A stretch of 64,000 nt of DNA from Polyangiales bacterium (GCA_038230375.1 JBBRNJ010000004.1:32001-96000), one strand, 5' to 3'; positions 1 through 9,972 are shown, counted from the stretch's first letter. Numbers and translations: made by a program. Notes: generated by a model not told the origin, from the letters alone.

Positions 1-674
1 GGCGAGTTCTCCACCAGCTTCCAGTTCAGCAAGATGAGGATCACAAGCGAGAATGCGGGCACCCAGAAGACCCACTGCCACGGCAGTGTGCCGGCGATGA
101 GCGGCCCGACCGCGAACGCCAGCGTGCGGCCGGACTGGATCATGATGCCGAAGATGCCGGCAAAGGAGCCGCGCTCGTTCACGGCGAACCACGACGCGTT
201 GATCTTCACGATGGAGAGCGCGCCGAACGACTGGAAGTAATGGTTGAGCGCCCAGAGGACGGCGAACGTGGCGACCATGGAGCTTGTGGTCATGCCTGCG
301 CTGAGGACTGCTGGCGTGAGCACGGACTTGTGATCGGGCGCCCACACGGCGTCCGTCACCAGGAAGTACGCGCACGCGCCGAACAGCAGGTTGAACACGC
401 TGGCGCCGGCCGCGCCGATCAGGATGGCCCGCTTGCCGCCGATGCGGTCCGCGAGCGGGCCGTTCAGAAAGACGGAGATGCCGTAGCAGATCTTGCCGGC
501 AGAGATGATGTTGCCGAGATCGGTATTGGTCCACCCGAAGCGCTCCGAGAGCAGGGCGTTGACCGCGGAGAAGTTGTACCGGCCCATGTAGAACATGGCG
601 TACATGAGGCCGAGAAAGACCCAGTTCTGGACGCGTCGAGCGCGAAACTTGGGGTCCAGGTTGTCGGCCAGCAT
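1..674 (-). CDS. MFS transporter, GlpT/UhpT (OPA)-like, runs off the window start
   Basis: Manual minus-strand translation from the ATG at 674 gives MLADNLDPKFRARRVQNWVFLGLMYAMFYMGRYNFS...NGPLADRIGGKR (MFS motif A)...WFAVNERGSFAGI, with multiple TM helices. Not in the ORF track because it is truncated. Confidence 0.85.
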   Translation of the reverse strand, partial: MLADNLDPKFRARRVQNWVFLGLMYAMFYMGRYNFSAVNALLSERFGWTNTDLGNIISAGKICYGISVFLNGPLADRIGGKRAILIGAAGASVFNLLFGACAYFLVTDAVWAPDHKSVLTPAVLSAGMTTSSMVATFAVLWALNHYFQSFGALSIVKINASWFAVNERGSFAGIFGIMIQSGRTLAFAVGPLIAGTLPWQWVFWVPAFSLVILILLNWKLVENS

Positions 675-774
675 CGGTAGCTGACGCCAGCCTAACATCA
701 CCCTTTTCCGTCCGCGCGGCTTTGCTTGCGCGTTTCCAATTCACAGGCGACGATGGCGTCCGGCCCGCACCCGC

Positions 775-1668
775 ATGCAGCACTCCGAGCTCCTCGCCCA
801 ACTCCCGCTCTTCGACACGCTGAACCAGGAGGACCTGGAGGCGCTGGCGAACAAGCTGACGGAGCGCCCATTCGCGCAGGGCAGCACCGTGTTCGCGAAG
901 GGCGATCAGGGCTCGTCCATGTACATCGTGCTCTCTGGCGCGGTGCAGATCTTCCTGCCTGGTGACAAGAAGGACGACGCGCCCGTCGTGCTCAAGGACG
1001 TGCGCACGGGCGAGTACTTCGGCGAGCTCTCGCTCTTCGACGACAAGCCGCGCTCTGCAAGCGTGGAAGCTACGGTCGACACGGTCTTGCTCGAGCTCAC
1101 GCGCGAGGAGTTCGGCGAGCACCTCAGCAAGTCGAAGACCGCGGCCCTGGCGATCCTCGCAGAGATGGCCGAGCGCCTGCGCGAGACGAACGCGATGCTC
1201 AGCCAGCGCGCCGCGAAGGACGTCGTCAAGGAGATCGAGGAGAACCTGACGTGGGGGCAGCGGCTCGCCGACAAGGTCGCGGACCTGAACGGCAGCTGGG
1301 CGTTCATGGGCTTCCTGGTTGCGCTGACGCTGGTGTGGGCGAGCGTGAACAAGCTACTCCCGCACCCGTTCGACGAGTACCCGTTCGTGTTCTTCAACCT
1401 GCTGCTCGCGATCCTGGTCGCGCTGCAGGGCCCGCTCATCGTCATGAGCCAGAACCGCCAGACCATGAAGGACCGCGCGCAGGCCGAGACGGACTTCCGC
1501 GTGAACCTCAAGAACGAGGTCGGGATCGAAGGCATCATCCGCGACCTGGGCGCATTTCGCGCAGAGACCGCGAAGCGCCTGGATGTGCTCGAGCGCCACG
1601 CGCGCGCGGACCGCGTTCGCACAGAGGTCCCCGCGAAGAAGCCGGGCGGGCCACTCGGCCCTTCCTGA
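775..1668 (+). CDS. Cyclic-nucleotide-binding domain fused to a DUF1003-type membrane domain
   Basis: CNB motifs GEYFGELSL...PRSASV; C-terminal ADKVADLNGSWAF...FDEYPFVFFNLLL...IVMSQNRQ is typical of DUF1003. Confidence 0.85.
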   Translation: MQHSELLAQLPLFDTLNQEDLEALANKLTERPFAQGSTVFAKGDQGSSMYIVLSGAVQIFLPGDKKDDAPVVLKDVRTGEYFGELSLFDDKPRSASVEATVDTVLLELTREEFGEHLSKSKTAALAILAEMAERLRETNAMLSQRAAKDVVKEIEENLTWGQRLADKVADLNGSWAFMGFLVALTLVWASVNKLLPHPFDEYPFVFFNLLLAILVALQGPLIVMSQNRQTMKDRAQAETDFRVNLKNEVGIEGIIRDLGAFRAETAKRLDVLERHARADRVRTEVPAKKPGGPLGPS

Positions 1669-1711
1669 AACCCGCTCGGCCCTGCTGAGGCCCACTCGGC
1701 CCTTCCCGAAG
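1650..1711 (+). repeat. Three imperfect 20-21 bp tandem repeats (CC[A/G]CTCGGCCCT core)
   Basis: gccactcggcccttcctgaaa / cccgctcggccctgctgagg / cccactcggcccttcccgaag. Confidence 0.7.
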
Positions 1712-1773
1712 GGAACCATGGCGGGATTCAGGCGCCGCCGGATAGCGGCGGGACCGTGTAAACTGGTAAGTCA

Positions 1774-4542
1774 ATGGTCGATGCCAATCAGCCAGCTGGG
1801 GACGATCCCATAGCGATGGCGGAGGCTCGCGTGGGCACCTCGCTGAACGCGAAGTGGACGCTCGAGCGGCTCCTTGGGGTGGGCGGCATGGGGGCGGTGT
1901 TCGCCGCGAGGCACCGCAATGGAACGCGCGCGGCCGTGAAGCTCCTGCACGCGCAGTACGCACGCGAGTCGAACATCCGCGAGCGATTCCTGCGCGAGGG
2001 GCGTATCGCGAACCGCGTTGACCACCCAGCGCGCGTCCCCGTGACCGACGACGACGTCAGCGACAGGGGCGAGCCGTTCCTCGTGATGGACCTCCTCGAG
2101 GGCGGAACCTTGAACGAGCTGCGCCGCCGCACGGATGGCATTCTGTCGCTGGAGGACACGCTCCGCATCGTCGACACCGTGCTGGACCTCCTCGGCAAGT
2201 GCCACGCCGTGGGCATCGTTCATCGCGACATCAAGCCTGCAAACATCTTCATCACGGAGGACGGCAGCGTGAAGGTGCTCGACTTCGGCGTCGCTCGGAT
2301 GCGTGAGCCCGACTCGGGGGTGGAGGCGACGCGGCTGGGAATGGCCATCGGAACGCCGTCGTACATCGCCCCGGAGCAAGCGCTCGGTCTTGGCGCGCAG
2401 GTCGACGGGCGCTCCGACATCTTCTCCGTTGGCGCGTGCATGTACGTCGCGCTCACCGGCAAGCGCCTGAATCACGCGCGGACAGAGGCAGAGTCGTTCG
2501 TGATGGCAGCCACGCACAAGGCGCCGTCAATCGCGAACCTGGCTCCGGATCTTCCGGTGGAGGTCGTGGCCTGTGTGGACCGCGCGCTCGCGTTCGAGCG
2601 CGAGAAGCGCTTCCAGGACGCAGCGTCGATGCGCAGCGAGGTCCTTGGTCTGCTCGCCGCATTGCGCGCTGGTCAGCTGGTCCGTGGGGGGCCGAAGAAG
2701 GAAGGAGGGCTCCGCATCCGAGCGAACGACGCGCTCGACGAAAACGAGGAGCTCGAACCGGCGAAGACGAAGGAAGTCCAGGCGCGGCTCCAGGCCGTAT
2801 GGCAGCAGATCGGGACGTGCTTGATGGACGTGCGCCAGTACGGGTGGACGCATCCAGTTGCACAGCGCGCGCTCGACGCCGGCCTCCAGCAGATCGACGA
2901 TGCGCTCGCCAAGAACCCTCGAGCCGTCCGGTGGGATGTCGGCCCGGGAGCGTTTCTCTTCCAGGGCGTCCCCGTGTGGGCGCCCGATCGGATCCCGTTC
3001 GACCGGGTTCCGTATCAGCTGTTCGCGGACGGCGTTAGGCACATCCAGATCAAGGAAGGGTTCACGAAGGACGAGCTCCGCGACCTGCTCGGGATCTTGC
3101 TCCGCGATCTGGTCGATGGCGCTGGCTCGGAGGACGACGCGGTGACGGCGTTCTGGGACCGCCGCTTCGAGCACGTCGCCTACGTCGCGATCGAAGCGTT
3201 CGCCGAGACCGAGCACCAGATGAAGGAGAGCGCGGATCTGGCGCGCGAGCTGGCGGCCGCGGCGCAGCTCGATCGTGATTGGCTCCATGCTTCGCTCGAG
3301 GGGCGCGCGATGCGCCTGAACCTGACCTCGCAGCTGCGGCAGAGCGGAGAGGCCGCGGCCGCACTGGCGCTGGATCCGATCCAGCGCGCCACCATGGGCG
3401 CGCAGCTGAACATGAGCGACGACAAATGGCTGGAGCGCTTCGTCGAGGCGTTCGCCGACGCGTGGATCGACGCGCGCGCACGTGGAGACCTGGCGCTGCT
3501 AACGGACGTCATCCGCGAGTGGACGGCCGACGAGCTCCGCCTGAACGCCTCGAAGGAGATCTTCGAGGTGTTCCATGCGATCAATCGCGCGCTCTCGCAG
3601 CGCGCACCGGCGGAGGCGGCGCAGCTCACGCGCTCCCTTTCGGAGGTGATGTTCCCGGCCAAGGTCCTTGCAGAGGTCCTGGGAGTGATCGAGAAGGAGG
3701 GGCGCGAGGCATCCGGCGCGCAGGAGGTGCCGACCGTCGTCATCGCCGGTATCGAGCAGGCGCTCTTCGTGCTGGATTCCCCGGCGATGCTGGAGCTCGC
3801 TTGCGGGTGCTTCGGCGCAACGCGATCGGACGATCTGCGCAAGGTGACCTCCGGCTACGTCCGGCACTGGGCTCGCGGCAATGAAGCGCGGCTTGGCGCG
3901 GTGCTCGAGTCCGCGCCGGCGGACACTGGGCTCCTCATCGTCGGCCTGCTCGCGTCGGTCCAGACCAAGGATGCCGCCCGCGCCATCGAGCACGCAGCGC
4001 GGAATCCATCACTCGTCGTGCGCATCGAGGGCCTCTCGCAGCTCTCATCCGAGCAGGACGATGAAGTCCGCGCGCAGGTGCGCAAGCTCCTGGAGGATCC
4101 AGTGGTCGCCGCGCGTATGGAGACGCTGGAGCTCGTGGCGCAGCGTGGCCTGGTCGCGGCGGGCCCCGCGATCGTGCTGCAGATCCAGGCGCCCGCGTTT
4201 CATCTGCTCACGACCGACGAGCGGAAGAAGTGGCTCGACTGTCTGGTTGCGCTCAGCCCGCGCCGCGCGCTCGCGGTGTGCGTGGCGATCCTGAAGGAGC
4301 ACCAGATTGTCCCGACGGAGGCCGTGGAGGCAACGCGCGCGCTCGCTGCGGACGTCCTCGCCGACATGGCGTCCAAGGAGGCGCTCGAGGCAGCCGTGGA
4401 GGCCTCGAAGAAGCGCTGGTGGAATACCGCGCCCGTTCGCGAGGCAGCAGAGCGCGCCGTCAGACACATCACCGCGCTCATCGCGAGCGGCGTCGAGGAG
4501 CCGGGACAGAGCCCGCGGCGCAAGAAGGGAGATGGCCCGTGA
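1774..4542 (+). CDS. Ser/Thr protein kinase fused to a C-terminal helical/HEAT-repeat region
   Basis: GVGGMGAV, AVK, HRDIKPAN, DFG, GTPSYIAPEQ; C-terminal HEAT-like repeats (VRIEGLSQL, LLEDPVVAARMETLE, VREAAERAV). Confidence 0.85.
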   Translation: MVDANQPAGDDPIAMAEARVGTSLNAKWTLERLLGVGGMGAVFAARHRNGTRAAVKLLHAQYARESNIRERFLREGRIANRVDHPARVPVTDDDVSDRGEPFLVMDLLEGGTLNELRRRTDGILSLEDTLRIVDTVLDLLGKCHAVGIVHRDIKPANIFITEDGSVKVLDFGVARMREPDSGVEATRLGMAIGTPSYIAPEQALGLGAQVDGRSDIFSVGACMYVALTGKRLNHARTEAESFVMAATHKAPSIANLAPDLPVEVVACVDRALAFEREKRFQDAASMRSEVLGLLAALRAGQLVRGGPKKEGGLRIRANDALDENEELEPAKTKEVQARLQAVWQQIGTCLMDVRQYGWTHPVAQRALDAGLQQIDDALAKNPRAVRWDVGPGAFLFQGVPVWAPDRIPFDRVPYQLFADGVRHIQIKEGFTKDELRDLLGILLRDLVDGAGSEDDAVTAFWDRRFEHVAYVAIEAFAETEHQMKESADLARELAAAAQLDRDWLHASLEGRAMRLNLTSQLRQSGEAAAALALDPIQRATMGAQLNMSDDKWLERFVEAFADAWIDARARGDLALLTDVIREWTADELRLNASKEIFEVFHAINRALSQRAPAEAAQLTRSLSEVMFPAKVLAEVLGVIEKEGREASGAQEVPTVVIAGIEQALFVLDSPAMLELACGCFGATRSDDLRKVTSGYVRHWARGNEARLGAVLESAPADTGLLIVGLLASVQTKDAARAIEHAARNPSLVVRIEGLSQLSSEQDDEVRAQVRKLLEDPVVAARMETLELVAQRGLVAAGPAIVLQIQAPAFHLLTTDERKKWLDCLVALSPRRALAVCVAILKEHQIVPTEAVEATRALAADVLADMASKEALEAAVEASKKRWWNTAPVREAAERAVRHITALIASGVEEPGQSPRRKKGDGP

Positions 4543-6824
4543 CCCAGCGCGGCGGTGGCGGTCCGGCCAGGGACGGCGTCGAGGTCCACGAGCTTGCCGC
4601 GGCGGTGGTTCATGGCGTCTACCGGCTCGTGAAGGCGTGTCAGTTCCACGCGGACGTCACGAACGACGTCATCACGTCACTCACGGCCGCCGCAACGACG
4701 GGCGTACACGACTACTGCGCGCGCGCCGGGACGGAGACGGTGGCACTCTCGTTCCTGGGCGATGCGATCTTCGTGAATCGTCAGATACTGAAGGTGTCGC
4801 GCGACATGCACGCGCTTGCCGCGGAGCTAGGCACGTTCCTCCGGAGCTGCGACGTGACCGAGCTCACCTTCGCGATGACGCTGACGCGCCCGTCGATGGC
4901 CACGTTCGCGAAGCTGCTTGCGGACGTCCAGAGGGACCGCTCTCTTGCGGCGCGGCTCACCGCCGGAGACATGCCCGGAATCACCGCCGGCAAGGCGAAA
5001 TTTGCGGCAGGCGGAAGCCAGACAGAGGAGTCGCCGGGGCAACGAGTCTCGCGCACGTACGCCACGTCGGTGCTGACCGTCCAGGCCGTGCTGGCCGACG
5101 TACGAGCCGGAAAGTTCGAGCTGCCGAAGAAGACAAAGCGCGTCGCGCAGCAGGTCGTCGCACGCGCGGATGAAGACGCGCGCTTGCTGGTGGCGCTCGC
5201 CGCGAACGGTGGCGGTAGCCTCGACGCCGCGACGATCGCCGTGGGCAGCGCGATCCTTGCCGTGGCCATGACCAGGCAGCTCACGTCGGACCGCGGAATC
5301 CTGGTGAACGCGGCCATGACGGCGCTCCTCTACGACGCGGGTCGCGTGGGGCTCGACGGTGGCGGCGACGGCCCGCTCCGAACGCTCAACGACGACGAGC
5401 TCGACGCAGTGCCGGCCCATACGGTGGTCGCCCTTACCGCGCTCGGGCGCATGCATGCGCCTGCACGCGCGCGGACGAGCCTGCTCTACGAGGTCTGGTC
5501 GATGCGTCGTGCGCACCGGCTCGGGCCGCTGTACAAAGGGCGCCGTCCGCCGTCGCTGCTCGCGCGCATCATCCATGTCGCGCGTGCATTCGCGGAGCTC
5601 CGCGGTGCCGGCGCAGAGGGCGGCTTCAGCATCGACGACGCGATCCAGGTGCTCACCCAGCGTGCGGCGGACGGCACCGACCGCGCGATCGTGAAGCTCT
5701 TCATCGGCGCGCTGGGGATCTATCCAGCCGGCACCATGGTGACGCTCAACACGGGAGAGCTCGGCGTCGTGTTGACCACGCCGGCAAACCCGCTCGACTA
5801 CGTCAGGCCGAGCGTGAAGATCCTCTACGATGCCGATGCAGGCCTGCTGGACACGCCGCTCGACGTCGACCTGGCAGCGCCTGCACCGGGTCAGCCACTT
5901 CGCTTCGTCGCTTCGGCCGTCGACGCCGACGAGCACCAGACGAAGGCGATGCGCAGCTACGTGACGGCGGCGGTGGCAGCCAAGCGCCGCGGTGCGATCG
6001 AGCCCGGCGCGAACGCCCCGCTGCTGCCGGCCGTCTCCATGCCGATGCCCATGGCGACGATCGGGCCGCTCACCTCGAAGCGGGCCTCGGGTGAGCTCCC
6101 GATCACGGTGCGCCCCGCAGCGGAGCCCATGCTGGAGAGCGGTGGCCTGGACCTGAGCGATCTGATGCGGCGGTCGACCAGCTCACCCGTCGCTCTATCC
6201 ATCAGTGAAGCGCCGCTCGTCACCACGAAGCCGCCTGCCCGCGACGATCTGATCAGCACGTCACCGCCGGTCGTGGACCTGATCAGCACGTCACCGCCGC
6301 TGCTGGAGCCCATCGAGAGCTCGCTTCCACCACTGCTGGACCCGATCATCAGCACCCAGCCGCCCGTCGAGGTCGCCCCCGCACGACGACGGGATCCACG
6401 GAACGACACCGCGCCACCGGCAGGCCTTGTGGAAGAGGTGCTCCGTCCAGTCCCGGTGATCAAGCGGCTGGTGTCTCTCAACATCGCTCTTCCGGATCCC
6501 GCGCCGCTCCGCACGCCGCCAACGCCGGCGACCCCGCCGACCGTCGAGAGCTGGGAGGACTTCGATCTCGGCCCCGAGCGTGAGCCCGTGCTGACCGATC
6601 CTGCACCTCCGCCTGCCATGGAGATGGAGGCGTCCCATCGCCCGCCAGTGGCGTTGGCGCCCCCGGCGCCGGTAGCGTTGCCGCCTCCGGTAGCGTTGCC
6701 GTCGCCACCCGCGCCGCGCAGTCCGCCGTCTTTCGGGCCGGAGAAAGGCGTCGATGCGTTCCTGGACGACGCACTTCGTGAGCTGAGTCAGCCGCCGCCG
6801 GCGAAGGATCCGAAGAAGGGCTAG
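4539..6824 (+). CDS. Degenerate HD-GYP-like protein with a long Pro-rich C-terminal tail
   Basis: GTG start overlaps the upstream stop (GTGA). ALLYDAGRV sits at the LLHDIGK position; ARIIHVARAF; LGIYPAGTMVTLNTGELGVV is the typical HD-GYP C-terminal extension. Confidence 0.7.
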   Translation: MTQRGGGGPARDGVEVHELAAAVVHGVYRLVKACQFHADVTNDVITSLTAAATTGVHDYCARAGTETVALSFLGDAIFVNRQILKVSRDMHALAAELGTFLRSCDVTELTFAMTLTRPSMATFAKLLADVQRDRSLAARLTAGDMPGITAGKAKFAAGGSQTEESPGQRVSRTYATSVLTVQAVLADVRAGKFELPKKTKRVAQQVVARADEDARLLVALAANGGGSLDAATIAVGSAILAVAMTRQLTSDRGILVNAAMTALLYDAGRVGLDGGGDGPLRTLNDDELDAVPAHTVVALTALGRMHAPARARTSLLYEVWSMRRAHRLGPLYKGRRPPSLLARIIHVARAFAELRGAGAEGGFSIDDAIQVLTQRAADGTDRAIVKLFIGALGIYPAGTMVTLNTGELGVVLTTPANPLDYVRPSVKILYDADAGLLDTPLDVDLAAPAPGQPLRFVASAVDADEHQTKAMRSYVTAAVAAKRRGAIEPGANAPLLPAVSMPMPMATIGPLTSKRASGELPITVRPAAEPMLESGGLDLSDLMRRSTSSPVALSISEAPLVTTKPPARDDLISTSPPVVDLISTSPPLLEPIESSLPPLLDPIISTQPPVEVAPARRRDPRNDTAPPAGLVEEVLRPVPVIKRLVSLNIALPDPAPLRTPPTPATPPTVESWEDFDLGPEREPVLTDPAPPPAMEMEASHRPPVALAPPAPVALPPPVALPSPPAPRSPPSFGPEKGVDAFLDDALRELSQPPPAKDPKKG

Positions 6825-6858
6825 CCGAGCTGCGCTACACTGTCGTCGTGGGTCCCAC

Positions 6859-8217
6859 GTGAGAGCGGCTGATCTCGAAGAGCTCGCGCGCGAGCGCATC
6901 GGGCAGACCGTCGGCGGCAAGTGGACGCTGGAGTCGCTCATCGGCGTGGGCGGCGTCGCCGCTGTGTATGCCGCACGCCACAAGAACGGCAACAGGGTCG
7001 CCATCAAGATCCTGCATGAGCGCTTCCATCGCGAGAAGACCATCCGTCAGCGCTTCCTTCGCGAGGCGCGTATCGCCAATCAGGTCGACCACCCCGCCGT
7101 GGTGCGCTTCCAGGACGACGGCCTCACCGACGACGACGCGCCGTTCCTCGTGACCGAGCTGCTCTCCGGAAAGAACCTGGAGGATGCGCGCCAGGCGGAG
7201 GGCGGGACGTTGCCGCTCGAGGAGGTGAAGCGCATCGGTTCGCTCGTCCTATCGGTGCTCGAGATCGCGCACGCCGCCGGCGTGATCCACCGCGACCTGA
7301 AGCCCGCGAACCTGTTCCGCAAGGACGACGGCACGCTCTACGTGCTGGATTTCGGCCTTGCGCGCGCTCTGGAGGACACGGACGACAGCGGCTCCAACGC
7401 GTCGGCGCTCACCTCCGCGGACTCGTTGCTCGGCACCGTGGGCTACATGGCGCCGGAGCAGGCGCAGGGGCGCTGGGATCTCGTCGGCCCTCAGACGGAT
7501 CTCTGGGCCGTGGGCGCCACCCTGGTCAAGCTCGCGACGGGCCTGGACATCCACGAGTCACAGACCGCGCAAGGGCGCCTCGTGCTCGCCGCCACGAAGC
7601 CGGCGCAGAAGGTGAGAGAGCGCGCGCCCCAGGTGCCGCAGGACTTCGCCGACGCGCTCGACAAGTCGCTCGCGTTCTCGCAGAAGGATCGGTTCTCGTC
7701 GGCGCGCATCTTCCGTCACGCGCTCACGGGCACGCTGTCCTCGCGCGGGTCGATCTCCCCCGAGGCGGGGCCATCGCCAGGCGGCGCGGCTGATGCCACG
7801 TCGCAAGAACGGCCTCGCCGCTCCATGCTCGGCGTGCTTCTGGTGCTCGCGATCATCGCCGTCGCGGTGGGCGTTGGCGTCAAGCTCGTGAACCCCAGCA
7901 TCACCACGGACCCACCACGCACCACCAGCGCGGTCGGCTCCGCGCCCAGCACCACTGCACCACAGCCGCCGGCGAGCAGTGCCGTCGGGCTGACCTCACC
8001 GCCTCCCTCCGCGTCGATCGCGAGCGGGGCGCCCACGCCGAGCAGCACGCAGAGCCCGGGCACGTCACCAGGCGGGCGACCGCTACAGAGGGTCCCACCC
8101 GGTGCTGGCGCGGGGAGCGTGACAGCTTCTTCATCGTCCGCGCCCTCGGCGCAGGGCGGCAATGCAGCGCATCCTCCGGGCAGCGCGAGCGCCGATCCAC
8201 TGGACAAACGACGCTAG
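6859..8217 (+). CDS. Membrane-anchored Ser/Thr protein kinase
   Basis: GVGGVAAV, HRDLKPAN, DFG, GTVGYMAPEQ, TM helix LGVLLVLAIIAVAVGVGV, then a Ser/Pro-rich tail. Confidence 0.9.
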   Translation: MRAADLEELARERIGQTVGGKWTLESLIGVGGVAAVYAARHKNGNRVAIKILHERFHREKTIRQRFLREARIANQVDHPAVVRFQDDGLTDDDAPFLVTELLSGKNLEDARQAEGGTLPLEEVKRIGSLVLSVLEIAHAAGVIHRDLKPANLFRKDDGTLYVLDFGLARALEDTDDSGSNASALTSADSLLGTVGYMAPEQAQGRWDLVGPQTDLWAVGATLVKLATGLDIHESQTAQGRLVLAATKPAQKVRERAPQVPQDFADALDKSLAFSQKDRFSSARIFRHALTGTLSSRGSISPEAGPSPGGAADATSQERPRRSMLGVLLVLAIIAVAVGVGVKLVNPSITTDPPRTTSAVGSAPSTTAPQPPASSAVGLTSPPPSASIASGAPTPSSTQSPGTSPGGRPLQRVPPGAGAGSVTASSSSAPSAQGGNAAHPPGSASADPLDKRR

Positions 8218-8264
8218 AAAAGACTCTCCCCACAACGGCCGATCCGTGGGTAAAGTGCCGGCCC

Positions 8265-8981
8265 ATGAAGACCGCCAGCACCACGACTGCCTACCTTCTA
8301 CGTCGCGTCCTTCCGGTGAGCGCCGCCCTGCTGTGTGCTGGCTGCCTGGTCGCCGGATGTGATGACGACAGCAAGCCGGCGAACGAGAGCACCATCGACG
8401 TGTCGAAGCTCCAGTTCGATCTGAGCGGCGTCGTCAGCGGCATCAACGATACTCACTGCCAGGGCGGCGACGCCGGCGTGAAGCGCCAGCCCGTGAACTT
8501 CCCGGGGTGCGGACTGGGCGAGGGCGGCAGTGTCACCACGAAGGCGGGCACCGATGGCGGCGCGGCTGGTGGCGACACGGCGGCGACGCTCTACAACAAC
8601 ATCGGCTTCGACGACGACTGCAAGTACTCCGTGACCTGGGAGGCCTCCAAGATCGCCCAGAAGAAGGACGTCTACTTCCAGGTCTCCGCAGCCCTCACCA
8701 CGAACAACAACGCGCTCTCGGGCGCCGCGCCGTACGTGGAGGCGTTCCTCGATCCGACCCACCCCGCCCTCGACGGCTCGAAGAAGCCCTCGGCCGTGGA
8801 AGTGACGCCCGGCACCTATGTGATCGGGCCCTACCAGTTCGACGCCGCGGGCGTCTGGACCGCGCGCTTCCACTTCTACGCAAACTGCTCGGAGGGGTTG
8901 GATTCGCCTCACGGTCACGCGGCGTTCTTCGTCGGAGTGCCTGCGAGCGCGAGCGCGAGCGCGAACGCTGGCGACCAGTAG
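8265..8981 (+). CDS. Lipoprotein with a C-terminal YtkA/FixH-like Ig domain
   Basis: Lipobox LVAGC; PGTYVIGPYQFDAAGVWTARF; His motifs THP and PHGH. Confidence 0.5.
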   Translation: MKTASTTTAYLLRRVLPVSAALLCAGCLVAGCDDDSKPANESTIDVSKLQFDLSGVVSGINDTHCQGGDAGVKRQPVNFPGCGLGEGGSVTTKAGTDGGAAGGDTAATLYNNIGFDDDCKYSVTWEASKIAQKKDVYFQVSAALTTNNNALSGAAPYVEAFLDPTHPALDGSKKPSAVEVTPGTYVIGPYQFDAAGVWTARFHFYANCSEGLDSPHGHAAFFVGVPASASASANAGDQ

Positions 8982-9029
8982 CAAACAAACCGCTGGCGGG
9001 AGACCGCATCAGCTGGGAGCATTGAGTAG

Positions 9030-9902
9030 ATGCTGCCGCGCCGGACGATCATCTTTGCGAGCGCCGCGCTCACGCTAGCGGGCGTCTCGGTCGCGTGCGG
9101 GCTCTCCACGCTCGGCACGGGTGATCCGTTCTATGGCTCGTTCGACGGCGCGACCGATCACACCGTGCTGGATTCGGCGGAGGGCGACAGCGACGGCGCG
9201 GTGAACGGCGCAGACGGAGCCTCCATGCTGGTGGACGGCGCTTCCGATGCGGATGCGGCGCTCGACGCGGGCACCCGCGCAGACGCCTCGGATGGCGCGC
9301 CCATCTGCTCGGCCGCTTGCGCGGCTGCGGGCGGCACGTGCAGCGGCAGCGTATGCACCATCGATTGCACCAACTCCGTGGTCGGCGGTTGCGCGACTCC
9401 CACGTGTCCGCCTGGGCACAGCTGCATCATCAAGTGTGGAGGCGGCGACTGCCACGGCGCCGTGAGCTGCGCGAATGCCGTGGCGTGTGACATCCAGTGC
9501 ACCGGCGGCGACTCGTGTCAGGGCGGCGTCGTGTGTGGCGGCGCGCTATGCAGCGTGGAGTGCGCCGGCGGCGGCTCGTGTCACTCGGACATCACGTGCA
9601 ACGCTGCGCGCTGCAACATCAAGTGCTCGGCGGGCGACACGTGCACCAAGGACGTCACTTGCTCCGCCGCGATCGGCTGCTCGATCTCGTGCTCCAACAG
9701 CGCCGTCTGCGACACCCTCGAGCTGGGCGCACCGGACGCGGCAGTTTCCTGCGCCGGTAACGACTGCAAGGACGTGAGCTGCTACGCAGACGGCGGGCAG
9801 TGCAGGCTCGGCTGCGCCGGCAGCTCGTGCGGGGGGACAATCTGCTGCTCCGGCAAGTGCACCGGCACGAACAACGGCAGCGGCGTGAGCCCCTGCCCCT
9901 GA
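9030..9902 (+). CDS. Cys-rich lipoprotein
   Basis: Lipobox VSVAC, DGA/DAG linker, periodic C-x3-C repeats. Confidence 0.7.
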   Translation: MLPRRTIIFASAALTLAGVSVACGLSTLGTGDPFYGSFDGATDHTVLDSAEGDSDGAVNGADGASMLVDGASDADAALDAGTRADASDGAPICSAACAAAGGTCSGSVCTIDCTNSVVGGCATPTCPPGHSCIIKCGGGDCHGAVSCANAVACDIQCTGGDSCQGGVVCGGALCSVECAGGGSCHSDITCNAARCNIKCSAGDTCTKDVTCSAAIGCSISCSNSAVCDTLELGAPDAAVSCAGNDCKDVSCYADGGQCRLGCAGSSCGGTICCSGKCTGTNNGSGVSPCP

Positions 9903-9972
9903 TCTGTCGCATCTGTCACGACGGGGAGCCCTTCGCATTCGAGCGCGAAGAGCCCCGCCGCGCAGCGCGGTC

